From NCBI GenBank assembly GCA_023435025.1, contig JAEYSE010000093.1, positions 10,073-74,072 on the forward strand: 64,000 nt of DNA, in the 5' to 3' direction. A program made the translations under genes and the position numbers. This document shows, in pieces, positions 36,095 to 46,381 of this stretch; position 1 is the first letter of the stretch, and each line of letters opens with the position of its first letter. The notes below the pieces were generated by a model, which ran no database searches, was not told where the DNA came from, and worked only from the letters and a program-made list of their open reading frames with translations. The stretch comes from Bacillota bacterium. Lineage in GTDB: Bacteria; Bacillota; Clostridia; Christensenellales; CAG-138.

Positions 36095-37339
36095 TTACTC
36101 CCCCGCCTTTTCTTTCATTCTGGCGGTCAGCAGCATGCTAAGGAATGTTACCCCCATAATGAATATGCCGGAAACGAGGAACCAGAAGGCGACGCCCTCT
36201 ACCTCGGAGACCGGGCCCGCAATCAATAGCCCAAGCGGCATGGCAAGCGAGGTAAGGCTCATGATGAGCGAGAACACCCGCCCCATTTCCTCCGGCGGCA
36301 CGTTCTGCTGCAGGTACGCCGTGTACGGGATGTTGTAGAGGTTGCCGCTTGCGCCCATGAACGCGCACAGCACGGCAAACGCCCAGAAGTACTGCATATC
36401 CGGCGGCAACAAACCGCACAGCAAAGAGGTAAGCCCTAAGAGCAGCAGCGAAATATGGATCATACGGAATTTATCCTTCACCTCTCCGCGCGCGCTGACC
36501 AGCCCGGCCGCCACCATCATACCAGCTGCAAACACGAACTCAACGATACTCGCGTGCCAAGCTGTGCCTTTGAAATAGCTGCTGGTCATCAGCGGATACA
36601 GCGAGGACATCGGCATAAAAACGACCATGCAGAGTATGGATGTCACCGTCACAATGAACATCCGCCGCATGGAGTAGAGCGTCTTCGCGCCCGCCTTCAT
36701 TTCCAGCCACATGTGCGGCGCATCCTGGTGGTGCCGTGGAGGATCGGGGATTTTCACAATGCCAGTCGCAATACAGGCAATGAGCGCGCCCAGTACATCC
36801 GTTAATAAAATGAGCCACAACGGCAACACCGCGTACATGGCCGCGCCGATCACGGGACCCAGCATAAACGCGCCGGATTGTAAAAACTGCATGATGCCAT
36901 TGACACGCATCAACTGATCCTGCGGGGCGATCATAGGTATGGTCTTTTGTACGGCGGGCATGTGGAATGCGCTGCCCAGCCCGCGCAAAAACAGCGCGAC
37001 GTATACCAGCAAATAAGAACCCTGACCCACGTAGAACAGGCCCGCCAGCACCGCAGCGCACACGCCCATGAACCCGTCTGCATATATGATGATACGCTTA
37101 AGCTTGAGCCTGTCCACCCACACGCCAGCAAATGGGCCTATAAGTATGGTAGGCAAAAAAGCCGCAAGGCCGGAAATGGAAAGCACGATCGCGGAGGCGC
37201 TTTCTGTCGCCAGCCACCAAATAAGCGAGAACTGCACGGCGGATGAACCGATGAGGCTTATCGCCTGCCCGGCCGTGAACAGCGCGAATACCTGCTTCCA
37301 GTGGGATTTTTCAACAATATTAGTCGTGTTTTGTTCCAT
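36095..37339 (-). CDS. MFS transporter (efflux type)
   Basis: Start at the internal ATG (MEQNTTNIVEKSHWKQVFALFTAGQAISLIGS...), because a terminator occupies the longer ORF's 5' part. 12-TM-like hydrophobic pattern. VDRLKLKRIII loop motif. Confidence 0.85.
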   Translation of the reverse strand: MEQNTTNIVEKSHWKQVFALFTAGQAISLIGSSAVQFSLIWWLATESASAIVLSISGLAAFLPTILIGPFAGVWVDRLKLKRIIIYADGFMGVCAAVLAGLFYVGQGSYLLVYVALFLRGLGSAFHMPAVQKTIPMIAPQDQLMRVNGIMQFLQSGAFMLGPVIGAAMYAVLPLWLILLTDVLGALIACIATGIVKIPDPPRHHQDAPHMWLEMKAGAKTLYSMRRMFIVTVTSILCMVVFMPMSSLYPLMTSSYFKGTAWHASIVEFVFAAGMMVAAGLVSARGEVKDKFRMIHISLLLLGLTSLLCGLLPPDMQYFWAFAVLCAFMGASGNLYNIPYTAYLQQNVPPEEMGRVFSLIMSLTSLAMPLGLLIAGPVSEVEGVAFWFLVSGIFIMGVTFLSMLLTARMKEKAGE

Positions 37340-37394
37340 AGTTGCCGCACAATCGCAGCCGATCCTCCTATATATTGGAATGAAGCCTCTTGGG

Positions 37395-37422
37395 CCAAAT
37401 AAAAGGGAGCGGTATGCTCCCC
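37395..37422 (-). terminator. rho-independent terminator after the DUF2148-like gene
   Basis: On the minus strand, gggagc-auacc-gcuccc followed by TTTTATTT. Confidence 0.55.
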
Positions 37423-37461
37423 TGATTGATACCGTTGTCATAGCGCCTCATGCGCATACCA

Positions 37462-37998
37462 CTATGATTTTCTGTCAAAGAACGGGGACTTGCCCGAGAC
37501 CGAAAGTGGGATGCCGAGGACGTTGTGTGTTTCTTTTCCCAGTATGCCCAGTTCCAGCGCCGTACGCCCCACCGAAAACATCACGCGGCTATCCACGCGG
37601 CTATCCGCTGCGACCGAAACGGCGGAGCCAATCGCTATGCCAAGGTCAATGTTATCATACGCGCACATAGACCCAGCCTCTGTACATGCGGCGCAGTTTT
37701 TATGCCCGCAGTATTGGCACGCCTCATTGAGGCCATGTACGCCCAACCGTGTTCCGATGAGCACCACGGCCAGGCTTTGCCGCACATTGCCCGCATCCCG
37801 TACAAAGAAGGGCTTGTTGAGCGAGCCCGCCAGTTCTTCCATTTTATCCGCCAGGGCGTCCTTTTCCTCCCCGGTGAGCAAGCAGGCTTCAATGTGGTCG
37901 GTTCCTTTTGTCTTGGGTGCGGTCCGCGCTGCCGCGCACATCCGCTCCGCTGTATGGAGAACAGCGGAATACTCGCATTCTGCCGACGTCTTCTTCAT
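37462..37998 (-). CDS. Cys-rich ferredoxin-domain-like protein (DUF2148/COG4739-like)
   Basis: 178 aa. ARTAPKTKGTDHI... and a CQYCGHKNCAACTEAGSMC cysteine cluster. The family assignment is from memory of the family pattern. Confidence 0.6.
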   Translation of the reverse strand: MKKTSAECEYSAVLHTAERMCAAARTAPKTKGTDHIEACLLTGEEKDALADKMEELAGSLNKPFFVRDAGNVRQSLAVVLIGTRLGVHGLNEACQYCGHKNCAACTEAGSMCAYDNIDLGIAIGSAVSVAADSRVDSRVMFSVGRTALELGILGKETHNVLGIPLSVSGKSPFFDRKS

Positions 37999-38046
37999 TT
38001 TTTGCCCTCACCCTTTTATCAACTTATTTTTGCGCCATACAACATT

Positions 38047-38598
38047 TTACTTGGAATAATGTATGATAAGGAATATTTCCGCCTTATCTTTGCCTGCGTT
38101 TTCATAGCTATGCGGAACATCAGCCCGGAAACGGACCGAATCGCCTGCGAAAAGCGAGCAGGGCGCGCCGTCCACAACCAACTGGAGCGTGCCGCAAAAC
38201 ACGGTGAGGAATTCTTCCGTACCGGATAGATGCGTCTCGGATTCGAACTTTGTCCCCGGGAGCACCTCCAATCGGTAGGTTTCAAAACGCGTGCGTTCAT
38301 CAAACGGGAACAATGGGTGATTGGTAAATCCCCCGCCGCATTCCACCAGGGGCCGCATGGTTCCTCCCTTTATGACCTGCATCTGCTGCGCGGGCTTTTC
38401 CAGAAGCGCGGAAAAGGAGATTTTCAGTCCATTTGCGATTTTCCATAATACGCTGATGGTGGGGTTGACCTCGCCTCGCTCAATCTGCCCGACCATGCTC
38501 TTGCTTACGCCGGTCAACTTTGCCACGGCGTCCAGGCTTAATTTGCGTTCCTCGCGCAGGGCTTTGAGGTTGTTTGCCACCATACCCGTTACGTCCAT
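38047..38598 (-). CDS. XRE-family transcriptional regulator with C-terminal cupin domain
   Basis: GGAGG-4nt-ATG. HTH LSLDAVAKLTGVSKSMVGQIERGEVNPTISVLWKIANGL. The C-terminal cupin region reads ...HLSGTEEFLTVFCGTLQLVVDG.... Confidence 0.8.
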   Translation of the reverse strand: MDVTGMVANNLKALREERKLSLDAVAKLTGVSKSMVGQIERGEVNPTISVLWKIANGLKISFSALLEKPAQQMQVIKGGTMRPLVECGGGFTNHPLFPFDERTRFETYRLEVLPGTKFESETHLSGTEEFLTVFCGTLQLVVDGAPCSLFAGDSVRFRADVPHSYENAGKDKAEIFLIIHYSK

Positions 38599-38721
38599 GC
38601 CGCCTCCAAAACATTCTGTTGACAATATATTGCACGAAGAATACAATATACAGCACATCCAGTATGCCGCACGTTTTGTATTGGATAGTATACCACAGGC
38701 AGAGCAAGGAGAAAACGGGCA

Positions 38722-39300
38722 ATGTTCAGTTTTCCAAACTTCCTGGCATATGTGATGCTTGCTACATTCACGCCGGGGCCGAACAACATCATGTCCATGG
38801 GCAACGCAAGCCGCATGGGGTTAAAAAAGAGCCTGCCGTTCTGTCTTGGCGTAGCAGCGGGGTTTGCCCTCATCATGGCGCTTAGCTTTTTACTCAGCAC
38901 GCTGCTTTATACCGTGATCCCGGCCATTAAGCCCTATATGCTGGTACTTGGTGCAGTTTATATTCTTTACCTTGCCTACAAAACATACAAAAGCAACGGA
39001 ATTAAGGAAAGCGATACGGCACACACGGGATTTTGGACCGCCGTTGCCTTGCAGTTTGTCAACCCCAAGGGCATTATATATGGTATCACCGTGGCATCCG
39101 CCTACATTCTCCCATATTACCGTGAACCGGTTATTCTGCTGCTGTTCACGCTGTTTATGTGCATAATCTGCATGATGAGCACGGTCGTCTGGGCGGCGTT
39201 TGGCTCCGTGTTTCAAAAGTTGTTTGCGCGGCATGCAAAGGTAATCAACACCATAATGGCTCTGCTGCTTGTTTACTGCGCGGTCTCGCTGTTCTTTTAA
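38722..39300 (+). CDS. LysE/EamB-family amino-acid exporter
   Basis: 192 aa. FTPGPNNIMSMGNASRMG N-terminal signature and six hydrophobic segments. It is divergent from the XRE-cupin regulator. Confidence 0.85.
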   Translation: MFSFPNFLAYVMLATFTPGPNNIMSMGNASRMGLKKSLPFCLGVAAGFALIMALSFLLSTLLYTVIPAIKPYMLVLGAVYILYLAYKTYKSNGIKESDTAHTGFWTAVALQFVNPKGIIYGITVASAYILPYYREPVILLLFTLFMCIICMMSTVVWAAFGSVFQKLFARHAKVINTIMALLLVYCAVSLFF

Positions 39301-39474
39301 GCTTCTTCCCATCTGTATTTCGAAAGGAAGTTTCTCCTGCGGAGAAACCCCGGGGTTCTAAAAAGGGCGTCACTGGCGCCCTTTTTCGCTCCTTGGCGAC
39401 GGCCTGCAGGCCTAGTATCGAGGGTACCCCGCCTTCCTTACCAAAAACGGATATGTTGGCTTGCCGGGTTCCAT

Positions 39475-40257
39475 TTATTCGGCCCCTTTGATGGTTCCCA
39501 TGCCGTTGATCTGCTGGGAGATATCATCCGGATCACCGTAATATGAAATGGTGCCGGTCCCGTTGATCTGCGCGTCCAGCGCGTCCGTCGCAGTCGCCCG
39601 AATGGTTCCTGCGCCGTTGATCGTGAGATCCGCTTCCTTTGCGCTCAGCTCTTTGGCGTCGATTGTGCCTGCGCCGTTCAGCTTGCAGGAAAGCGTATCC
39701 GAAGCACCGGAAAGCGTCAGGCTCGCAGCGCCGTCCACCACGAGTACTGTTTTTTCCACAGAGAGGTTGCTGACTTTCCCGTCCGCAGCCCCCGCAATGT
39801 TAAGCCCGAAGCGGGAGACGTTGGAAGCGTCCACATCAAGAATGTAGTCCCCTTCCACCCTGATGTACTCGCAGGGCGCATACACGGTCACATGGAAAGA
39901 GTCCGTAAGAAAAGGGCTCCGCTCGTTCGTTTTGACAATGATTTTATCCCCTGTGATCTCCGCCTTGAGCGCATACCTGTCCACAAGCGCCTTGGCACAA
40001 TCCACTTCCACACGCGGCGCGCCGTCCGCAGGTTTTACTGTGAGCGTCACGTCCCCATCGGCCAGGAAAACCAGCCCTTCGATTGAGAGGGAATACGGCC
40101 CTTGCCCCGCCGCACCTTCCGCCGTTACGGTAGTATGCGCGCCATCAAGGCGGATGGCCGCGCGGTTTACAGCACGCCGCGTAAAACCGCAGCCGGTCAC
40201 CGCCAGCATTATAAATAGAAGAAGCGCTGCCACACGGATTGTTTTATTCATATCCAT
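39475..40257 (-). CDS. lipoprotein with DUF2807 (head GIN / beta-helix) domain
   Basis: Lipobox MLAVTGC. Repeated [NG]GAGTI / GTGTI / GMGTI strands are typical of DUF2807. Confidence 0.7.
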   Translation of the reverse strand: MDMNKTIRVAALLLFIMLAVTGCGFTRRAVNRAAIRLDGAHTTVTAEGAAGQGPYSLSIEGLVFLADGDVTLTVKPADGAPRVEVDCAKALVDRYALKAEITGDKIIVKTNERSPFLTDSFHVTVYAPCEYIRVEGDYILDVDASNVSRFGLNIAGAADGKVSNLSVEKTVLVVDGAASLTLSGASDTLSCKLNGAGTIDAKELSAKEADLTINGAGTIRATATDALDAQINGTGTISYYGDPDDISQQINGMGTIKGAE

Positions 40258-40288
40258 TCCTTCTTTCTTACAAAATCAAGCGCCTTGT

Positions 40289-41149
40289 TTATGGCAATTG
40301 CATCAGTTCCAAAATAAATTCCTGCGCAAGCGTTATTTCGCAAACGTTTTGGACCCTGCCTGTCATATATACGGATTCGTCGGGCATTATGCTAATAAGA
40401 AGTTCGCCGCCGGGCATGTGAACAGACAACTCCCGGTCCACCAGGCCAAGCTTGTAAGCAGCGCTTGCGGCGGCACAACTGCTGCTTCCCGAAGCAAGCG
40501 TATACCCGGCGCCACGCTCATAAATTTCTATTTGAATGTTACGCCGGTCCAGCACCTTTAGAAGCTGCATATTGATGCGATTGGGAAACTGCTGCGCGCG
40601 TTCCACGTGAGGGCCGAGCGCGCAGGCTTTCTCCTTTGTTACTTCTTCCATGGGGATTACGCAATGCGGGTTGCCGATGGAAAGACAGGTTACGCGATAC
40701 TCTTCCCCGTCAAACGTCATGGTCTCATTGATGACATCGCGGTCCTCACCTGCTACGGGAATCTCCCCGCTGCGGTACGTGGTTTTGCCCATAAGTACCT
40801 TCATGAGGTCGCCGCTTTCACTTAAATATTCCACATCCACATCCCCGCCGAGGGTGGAGAGCGTGAATCGCCGTTCCTTCACATATCCCGCGTCTTTAAG
40901 GTATTTGGAGAAAATACGCACGCCGTTTCCGCTCTTTTCCGCCTCTCCGCCATCCGGGTTGTAAATTTTAACCGCGATGCCTTCCCCGTCAAATATCGGG
41001 CCGTATAAAATGCCGTCCGATCCTGCGCCAAAGTTCCTGTCGCAAATCAAACGGATGCGCGCGGGCGTTAAAGGGAGCGCGTTATTTTTAGGGTCATAAA
41101 TGAAATAATCGTTGCCCAATCCGTGATATTTTTTCAATGTAATCTGCAT
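40289..41149 (-). CDS. dapF: diaminopimelate epimerase
   Basis: AGGAGA-ATG at 41149. MQITLKKYHGLGNDYFIYD..., SIGNPHCV and SGSSSCAA catalytic-Cys motifs. Confidence 0.9.
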   Translation of the reverse strand: MQITLKKYHGLGNDYFIYDPKNNALPLTPARIRLICDRNFGAGSDGILYGPIFDGEGIAVKIYNPDGGEAEKSGNGVRIFSKYLKDAGYVKERRFTLSTLGGDVDVEYLSESGDLMKVLMGKTTYRSGEIPVAGEDRDVINETMTFDGEEYRVTCLSIGNPHCVIPMEEVTKEKACALGPHVERAQQFPNRINMQLLKVLDRRNIQIEIYERGAGYTLASGSSSCAAASAAYKLGLVDRELSVHMPGGELLISIMPDESVYMTGRVQNVCEITLAQEFILELMQLP

Positions 41150-41343
41150 GGTTTCTCCTTTTGCCGTGTATTTGCGTAATATGCCTAGCGCATGGTCAAC
41201 CAGACACTTCCAACATACTCTACCATGTATGCATCCGCGCTTCAATTGTAATTGGGAATTTTTTCTTTGACTCTACGTAGAGGATTTTTTTGATTTTTAT
41301 ATAGGAATAAAGGAGGTTTGGCATATACCCCCAAAAAAAACAC

Positions 41344-41370
41344 TAAATATTTCAAAAATTATCACGATAT
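41344..41370 (+). promoter_or_regulatory. sigma-D (sigma-28/FliA)-type promoter
   Basis: TAAA-15 nt-CACGATAT (consensus TAAA-N15-GCCGATAT), 23 nt upstream of the MCP start. The same -10 octamer lies upstream of the paralogous MCP at 47515-47541. Confidence 0.5.
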
Positions 41371-41392
41371 CAAAGAATAGTATCCAAAAAGC

Positions 41393-43972
41393 ATGAAGAG
41401 GTGCCGCATGAAGCAAGTCAAATCTAAGGCTCCCCAAAAAGTCCCAAAGAAAGCAAAACCGGCAGTAAGTTTTACATCCTTAGTAAGAAAACTATACATC
41501 AAGATCCCTTTGCAGCTTTGCGTCTTCCTTCTCCTTATTGCAATTCTTGCTCTTGGCTTGGTCCAAACAGTATTGACTTCGTATATGACTGAGCAGGCGC
41601 ATGAGGATATTACAGCGCTCGCAACCAAGAACGCACAGCTTGCACGGGATTACTTTGAGGCGATGCAGACACAGTCCAAGACCCTGGCCATGATGTTCTC
41701 CAAAATGGAGGCGGACGTCAAGGGTACTTCGGATAGCAGCACGTATGTCATCCCTATTATCCGCAGCGTGCTTTACGGGTCTTTAGAGGATGCACGCATA
41801 TTCGGTGCATACGCAGCCTTTGAGCCCAATAAATATTTCCCCTATACGCCCGAGGGCATCTCTTTTCACGCCTACCGCGAGGGGGATTCCGTTAAATTGG
41901 AAACCCAGTACAATCATAAGGAATATGCTACGGCTGATTATTATTACAACGCGTCAAACACAAAGCGCGCCTATATCACCGAGCCTTATGATTATGTGCT
42001 GAACGATGGCAGGACGATATCGCTGATTTCCATCAGTAATCCGATACTCAACGCGGAAGGTGTTTGCGTCGGCGTCGCCAACTGCGATATCCAGGTGGAT
42101 ACGATCAATCAACTCAGCTTTGATATGGGCAACCTGGACAGCTCATATCAGTATATATTGACTGGAAATAAGCATTACATCGCACATTCTGAGCGGCAAG
42201 ACCTCATAGGTACCCCATATCAGTACAGCGACGAAGTCAATTCCGCTGAAATGATTAGCGCTACCACCGGAAAGACCGCGATTTTAACGGAGGGCGTAAG
42301 CGCATTAACCGGCAAGGAGTCCCTTGTTGTAATGATGCCTTCTGTCATTACGGGGGTACAGAAACACTTTATCAGCACGTTTGTGGTGGATAAGGCGGAA
42401 ACGCTCAGCTCGCTTCACAATATGCTTGGGCTTGTGCGTCTGGGGTTGATCGGCTTTGTGTTTGTATTTATGGCGCTGTTCTCACTCCTCATGCGGCGCG
42501 CGCTCTCGCCGGTGGGTAAGATCGTTCAGTTTTCCATGGATGTGCAGAACGGCAACCTGGATACGGATATCAAGCTAAAATCCCGCGATGAACTGATGGA
42601 TCTTTACAACGCCGTCAACGGCATCCGCAACACCATCCGCACATTGGTATCCGATTCCATACTACTTACGGAGGCCGCCGTAAAAGGAAACCTGGAAGAA
42701 CGCGCCGACGCGGAGCAGCATAAGGGCGAATACAAGCGCCTGGTGGAGGGCATCAACGGTACGCTCGACGCGATTGTCGAACCGGTGGTGGAAATCATAG
42801 ACATGCTGCAGCAGCTTCAGCGGGGCAACCTGGGCATGCGCATTGAAAAGGATTACCAGGGCGAGTTTGCGCTGATACGCGATTCGTTCAACGAAACGAT
42901 GGACGCGCTCAACCGCTACATCGGCGACGTTGCGACAGTATTGAAGGCGGTATCCGAGGGGGATCTTTCGCAGGAAATCACATCCGATTTCCACGGCGAT
43001 TTCATAACGCTCAAGGACAGCATCAATAATATTATCGCCTCTCTGAACACCACGCTTGCAAGCATCAACATTGCGGCGGATCAGGTGGCTTCCGGCACGC
43101 GCCAGGTATCCAGCGGCAGCCAAAGCATTTCCCAGGGTGCTACGGAACAGGCAAGCGCAATTGAAGAATTGACGGCTACCATTACGGAAATCGCCTCGCA
43201 GACCAAGGAAAACGCGAAGAGTGCAAGCCGTGCCAACGAACTTTCCATAGCTGCAAAAGAGGAAGCGGCTAAGGGCACCGGGCATATGCAGGATCTGCAG
43301 CGCGCGATGGAGGAAATCAACGAAGCCTCCGTGAGCATTAAGAAGATCATCAAGGTGATAGACGAGATCGCGTTCCAGACCAACATACTGGCGCTTAACG
43401 CTGCGGTGGAAGCCGCCCGTGCAGGCCAGCACGGCCGCGGGTTCGCCGTGGTTGCGGAAGAGGTTCGAAACCTCGCAGGCCGCAGCGCGCAGGCCGCGAA
43501 GGAGACCACGGAGCTCATTCAGGGTTCTATTAAGAAGGCAGAGGCCGGTACCAAGATTGCAGACAACACGGCGGCCTCGCTTGCGAACATTGTTACGGGC
43601 GTAGATAAGACCGTTGAGTTGGTGGGCCAAATCGCCGTGGCATCCAACGAACAAGCGACGGGCATTGCGCAGGTTAACCGCGGTGTGGATCAACTTTCCG
43701 ACGTAGTGCAGACCAACTCCGCCACCGCGGAGGAAGCTGCCGCAGCAAGCGAAGAGCTTTCCGGCCAGGCGGAACTGTTAAAATCCATGGTGGCACAGTT
43801 CCATCTGCAGCAGGCGAAGCCCGTAGAGGAGGCGCCTGTACCCGAAGCACCCGAAACGCCTAAAAGAAGGCGACACAGCGTAAAAGAGGCGCCCGAAGCA
43901 GCACCCGCGCCCGAAGCACCCGAAATGCCCAGGATCGTGCTTGGAGATTCCACGGATTTCGGCAAATATTGA
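41393..43972 (+). CDS. methyl-accepting chemotaxis protein (dCache sensor, HAMP array, MA domain)
   Basis: 859 aa. A TM segment, a roughly 280-aa extracellular Cache-like region, a second TM segment, HAMP repeats and the MCP signalling hairpin ([37 protein letters not shown]). It ends ...DSTDFGKY. Confidence 0.9.
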   Translation: MKRCRMKQVKSKAPQKVPKKAKPAVSFTSLVRKLYIKIPLQLCVFLLLIAILALGLVQTVLTSYMTEQAHEDITALATKNAQLARDYFEAMQTQSKTLAMMFSKMEADVKGTSDSSTYVIPIIRSVLYGSLEDARIFGAYAAFEPNKYFPYTPEGISFHAYREGDSVKLETQYNHKEYATADYYYNASNTKRAYITEPYDYVLNDGRTISLISISNPILNAEGVCVGVANCDIQVDTINQLSFDMGNLDSSYQYILTGNKHYIAHSERQDLIGTPYQYSDEVNSAEMISATTGKTAILTEGVSALTGKESLVVMMPSVITGVQKHFISTFVVDKAETLSSLHNMLGLVRLGLIGFVFVFMALFSLLMRRALSPVGKIVQFSMDVQNGNLDTDIKLKSRDELMDLYNAVNGIRNTIRTLVSDSILLTEAAVKGNLEERADAEQHKGEYKRLVEGINGTLDAIVEPVVEIIDMLQQLQRGNLGMRIEKDYQGEFALIRDSFNETMDALNRYIGDVATVLKAVSEGDLSQEITSDFHGDFITLKDSINNIIASLNTTLASINIAADQVASGTRQVSSGSQSISQGATEQASAIEELTATITEIASQTKENAKSASRANELSIAAKEEAAKGTGHMQDLQRAMEEINEASVSIKKIIKVIDEIAFQTNILALNAAVEAARAGQHGRGFAVVAEEVRNLAGRSAQAAKETTELIQGSIKKAEAGTKIADNTAASLANIVTGVDKTVELVGQIAVASNEQATGIAQVNRGVDQLSDVVQTNSATAEEAAAASEELSGQAELLKSMVAQFHLQQAKPVEEAPVPEAPETPKRRRHSVKEAPEAAPAPEAPEMPRIVLGDSTDFGKY
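43079..43728 (+). repeat. about 650-bp dispersed repeat (MCP signalling-domain coding sequence), copy 1
   Basis: Colinear with 49222-49871 (constant offset 6143 nt). By eye about 85-90% nt identity and over 90% aa identity. Confidence 0.8.
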
Positions 43973-43990
43973 GCGTAAATTCATGAACAG

Positions 43991-44020
43991 GCCCCGCGGT
44001 TTGACCGCGGGGCTTTTGTT
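43991..44020 (+). terminator. rho-independent terminator after MCP gene
   Basis: gccccgcgg-tttga-ccgcggggc followed by TTTTGTT. Confidence 0.75.
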
Positions 44021-44076
44021 ATGGGCCCTGAAATGCTGTAGTTAATAGTAATCGTAATAAATATTCTTCCATATCT

Positions 44077-44490
44077 CTAAAAATCGTGCTGCTTCGTCTC
44101 CAGCAGGGCATTCGCCAGAATTTCTTTTAAGCGGTAGAAGTGTCCTTCCGCAAACGTATATTGCCGAAAATTCGTCTCCGTTCCAAAGCGTATTTCTTTG
44201 CACCCGTCGCACGAAATAATATATATATAGGTATCATCGCCGGAACAGATTGTCATGCTCATATCGAACGGACAGGCGGACGGGTCAGAAGGCTCCAAGG
44301 CGTTTAAGGCTTCCGCAATAAACTCAAGATCATCGATATTTGTGATTTCTCCGGTGATTTCTTCTTCTCCCGATTTCAAACTCAGGAGCACCGCGATTTT
44401 ATCGATTTCGGATATTTTGGGGGCTCTTGGCGCACATCCAAAAATAAGCGAAACCATCAACAGCAGAAATATGGCAATTAGCTTTTTCAT
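44077..44490 (-). CDS. small lipoprotein of unknown function
   Basis: MKKLIAIFLLLMVSLIFGC lipobox. 137 aa. Confidence 0.6.
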   Translation of the reverse strand: MKKLIAIFLLLMVSLIFGCAPRAPKISEIDKIAVLLSLKSGEEEITGEITNIDDLEFIAEALNALEPSDPSACPFDMSMTICSGDDTYIYIISCDGCKEIRFGTETNFRQYTFAEGHFYRLKEILANALLETKQHDF

Positions 44491-44788
44491 GTTCGCCCCG
44501 GAAACGCGTTCCCGGATTTCCTCCTTTCACAGATTTCCACCGCGGGCCGAGAACAAGCTGGTTTCTTATCATTGCTTGAATATATGATACGAAACAGACG
44601 ATAAATGGCAAGGAAAACGGCATGCATTTTTCCGAATTTTTACAATATATTTACAATTTGTTGCCATGCTCATTTGTTTTTATTGTCTAAACATTTTTCA
44701 GGCTGGTGTTGAGCATACCGCTCCCACGGGTAAGATATAATGCAAAAGGCTCATGTTTCCGGGTAAAGGGAAACGGAAAGGCGTATCC

Positions 44789-46246
44789 ATGTTATTTGAA
44801 GCAATCTGCACGCAGGAAAAAGAATACAAGAACCTTGTAAACGGCGAATGGGTAACTTCCGGCTCGACAATCTCCATTCACTCTCCCGTTGACGGTTCAT
44901 ACTTAGGCACGGTGTCCTCCATGACGCAGCAGGAAGTAGATGCAGCCATTCAGGCGACCAAAACGGGATTTAAAGAATGGGCGGATACACCGGTATACAA
45001 GCGCGCGGATGTGTTTTACCGCGCAGCGGACTTGCTGGATGCGAACGCCAATACCATAGGGGATGTGCTGACCATGGAGATTGCAAAGGACAAAAAATCA
45101 TCCGTGGCAGAAGTTGTCCGCACGGCAGATTTCTTGCGATATACGGCGGACGTGGGCAAAAGCCTGCAGGGCGAAACTATTGGCGGCGGGAACTTCCCGG
45201 GCGGCTCCAAAAACAAGGTTTCGTATGTGCAGCGCGTGCCGTTGGGCACCATACTCGCCATTTCTCCGTTCAATTATCCCGTGAACCTCTCAGTATCAAA
45301 AATTGCCCCAGCACTCATAGGCGGCAACGCCGTGGTATTAAAGCCGCCCACACAGGGGGCCATCAGCGCTCTGTATCTTGCACGGGTGTTTCAGGAGGCG
45401 GGGCTCCCTGCAGGCGTATTGAATACCGTTACAGGGCGTGGAAGCGAGATCGGGGACTATATTGTGGCCCATCCCGGCGTCCAGTTCATCAATTTTACAG
45501 GCAGTACGGAAGTCGGGCGGCATATCGCCCAGGTTGCCGGTATGGTGCCATTGATGCTGGAATTGGGCGGTAAGGATGCGGCAATCGTGCTGGACGACGC
45601 AGATCTTTCGTTCGCCGCAGAAAACATTGTGTCGGGTGCTTATTCCTATTCCGGCCAGCGCTGCACGGCGGTCAAGCGCATTCTTGCTCCTCACGCGGTC
45701 GCCGACCGGCTTGCCCCGCTTCTGCTTGAGCGTATCAATAAACTAACCGTTGGCGACCCGAGAAGCGATGCCGTGATCGGCCCCCTGATCAGCGCAAAGG
45801 CGGCGGATTATGTGCAGGATTTGATCGACGACGCCATCGAAAAGGGCGCGAATGTGCTAACCGGCAACCGGCGAGAGGGCAACATCCATTATCCGACGCT
45901 TGTTGACCATGTGACCACCGATATGCGACTGGCCTGGGAGGAACCCTTTGGCCCGGTGCTGCCGATATTGCGCGTGCACAGTATTGAGGAAGCGATTGGT
46001 ATCGCGAACAGATCAGAATACGGCCTGCAATCCTCCGTATTCACGCACGACATCAACCTGGCCTTCCATATCGCGAACCGCCTGGAGGTGGGTACCGTGC
46101 AGATCAACAACAAGACCGAGCGCGGACCGGACCACTTCCCCTTCTTGGGCGTAAAGGCCTCCGGCATGGGTACGCAGGGCGTGCGTTACTCCATCGAGGC
46201 GATGACGCGGCCCAAGGCTGTGGTGGTAAATGTAGAAGAGCGGTAG
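44789..46246 (+). CDS. gapN: non-phosphorylating NADP-dependent glyceraldehyde-3-phosphate dehydrogenase
   Basis: Near-colinear similarity to streptococcal/clostridial GapN as I remember it: YKNLVNGEW, AISPFNYPVNL, KPPTQG, ELGGKD, YSGQRCTAVKR, EEPFGPVLPI, FPFLG. Confidence 0.9.
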   Translation: MLFEAICTQEKEYKNLVNGEWVTSGSTISIHSPVDGSYLGTVSSMTQQEVDAAIQATKTGFKEWADTPVYKRADVFYRAADLLDANANTIGDVLTMEIAKDKKSSVAEVVRTADFLRYTADVGKSLQGETIGGGNFPGGSKNKVSYVQRVPLGTILAISPFNYPVNLSVSKIAPALIGGNAVVLKPPTQGAISALYLARVFQEAGLPAGVLNTVTGRGSEIGDYIVAHPGVQFINFTGSTEVGRHIAQVAGMVPLMLELGGKDAAIVLDDADLSFAAENIVSGAYSYSGQRCTAVKRILAPHAVADRLAPLLLERINKLTVGDPRSDAVIGPLISAKAADYVQDLIDDAIEKGANVLTGNRREGNIHYPTLVDHVTTDMRLAWEEPFGPVLPILRVHSIEEAIGIANRSEYGLQSSVFTHDINLAFHIANRLEVGTVQINNKTERGPDHFPFLGVKASGMGTQGVRYSIEAMTRPKAVVVNVEER

Positions 46247-46263
46247 CTTGCCAAAAAAGATAC

Positions 46264-46285
46264 GTTGGAGACTCTGCCTCCAAAC
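46264..46285 (+). repeat. 22-nt hairpin-forming repeat, copy 1
   Basis: gttggagActctgcctccaaac. 21/22 identical to 60257-60278. Both copies lie shortly after the stop codon of a + strand gene. Confidence 0.6.
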
Positions 46286-46336
46286 CACCGTTCAGGGCCG
46301 TTACGGCCCTGAAAACCCATTTCAGGTGCATAATTT

Positions 46337-46375
46337 AAGCCGGACACAATGTCCGGCTTCTTGTTTTGAGTTTTG
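46337..46375 (+). terminator. rho-independent terminator of gapN
   Basis: aagccggaca-caa-tgtccggctt followed by cTTGTTTTGAGTTTT. Confidence 0.7.
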
Positions 46376-46381
46376 ATGATG

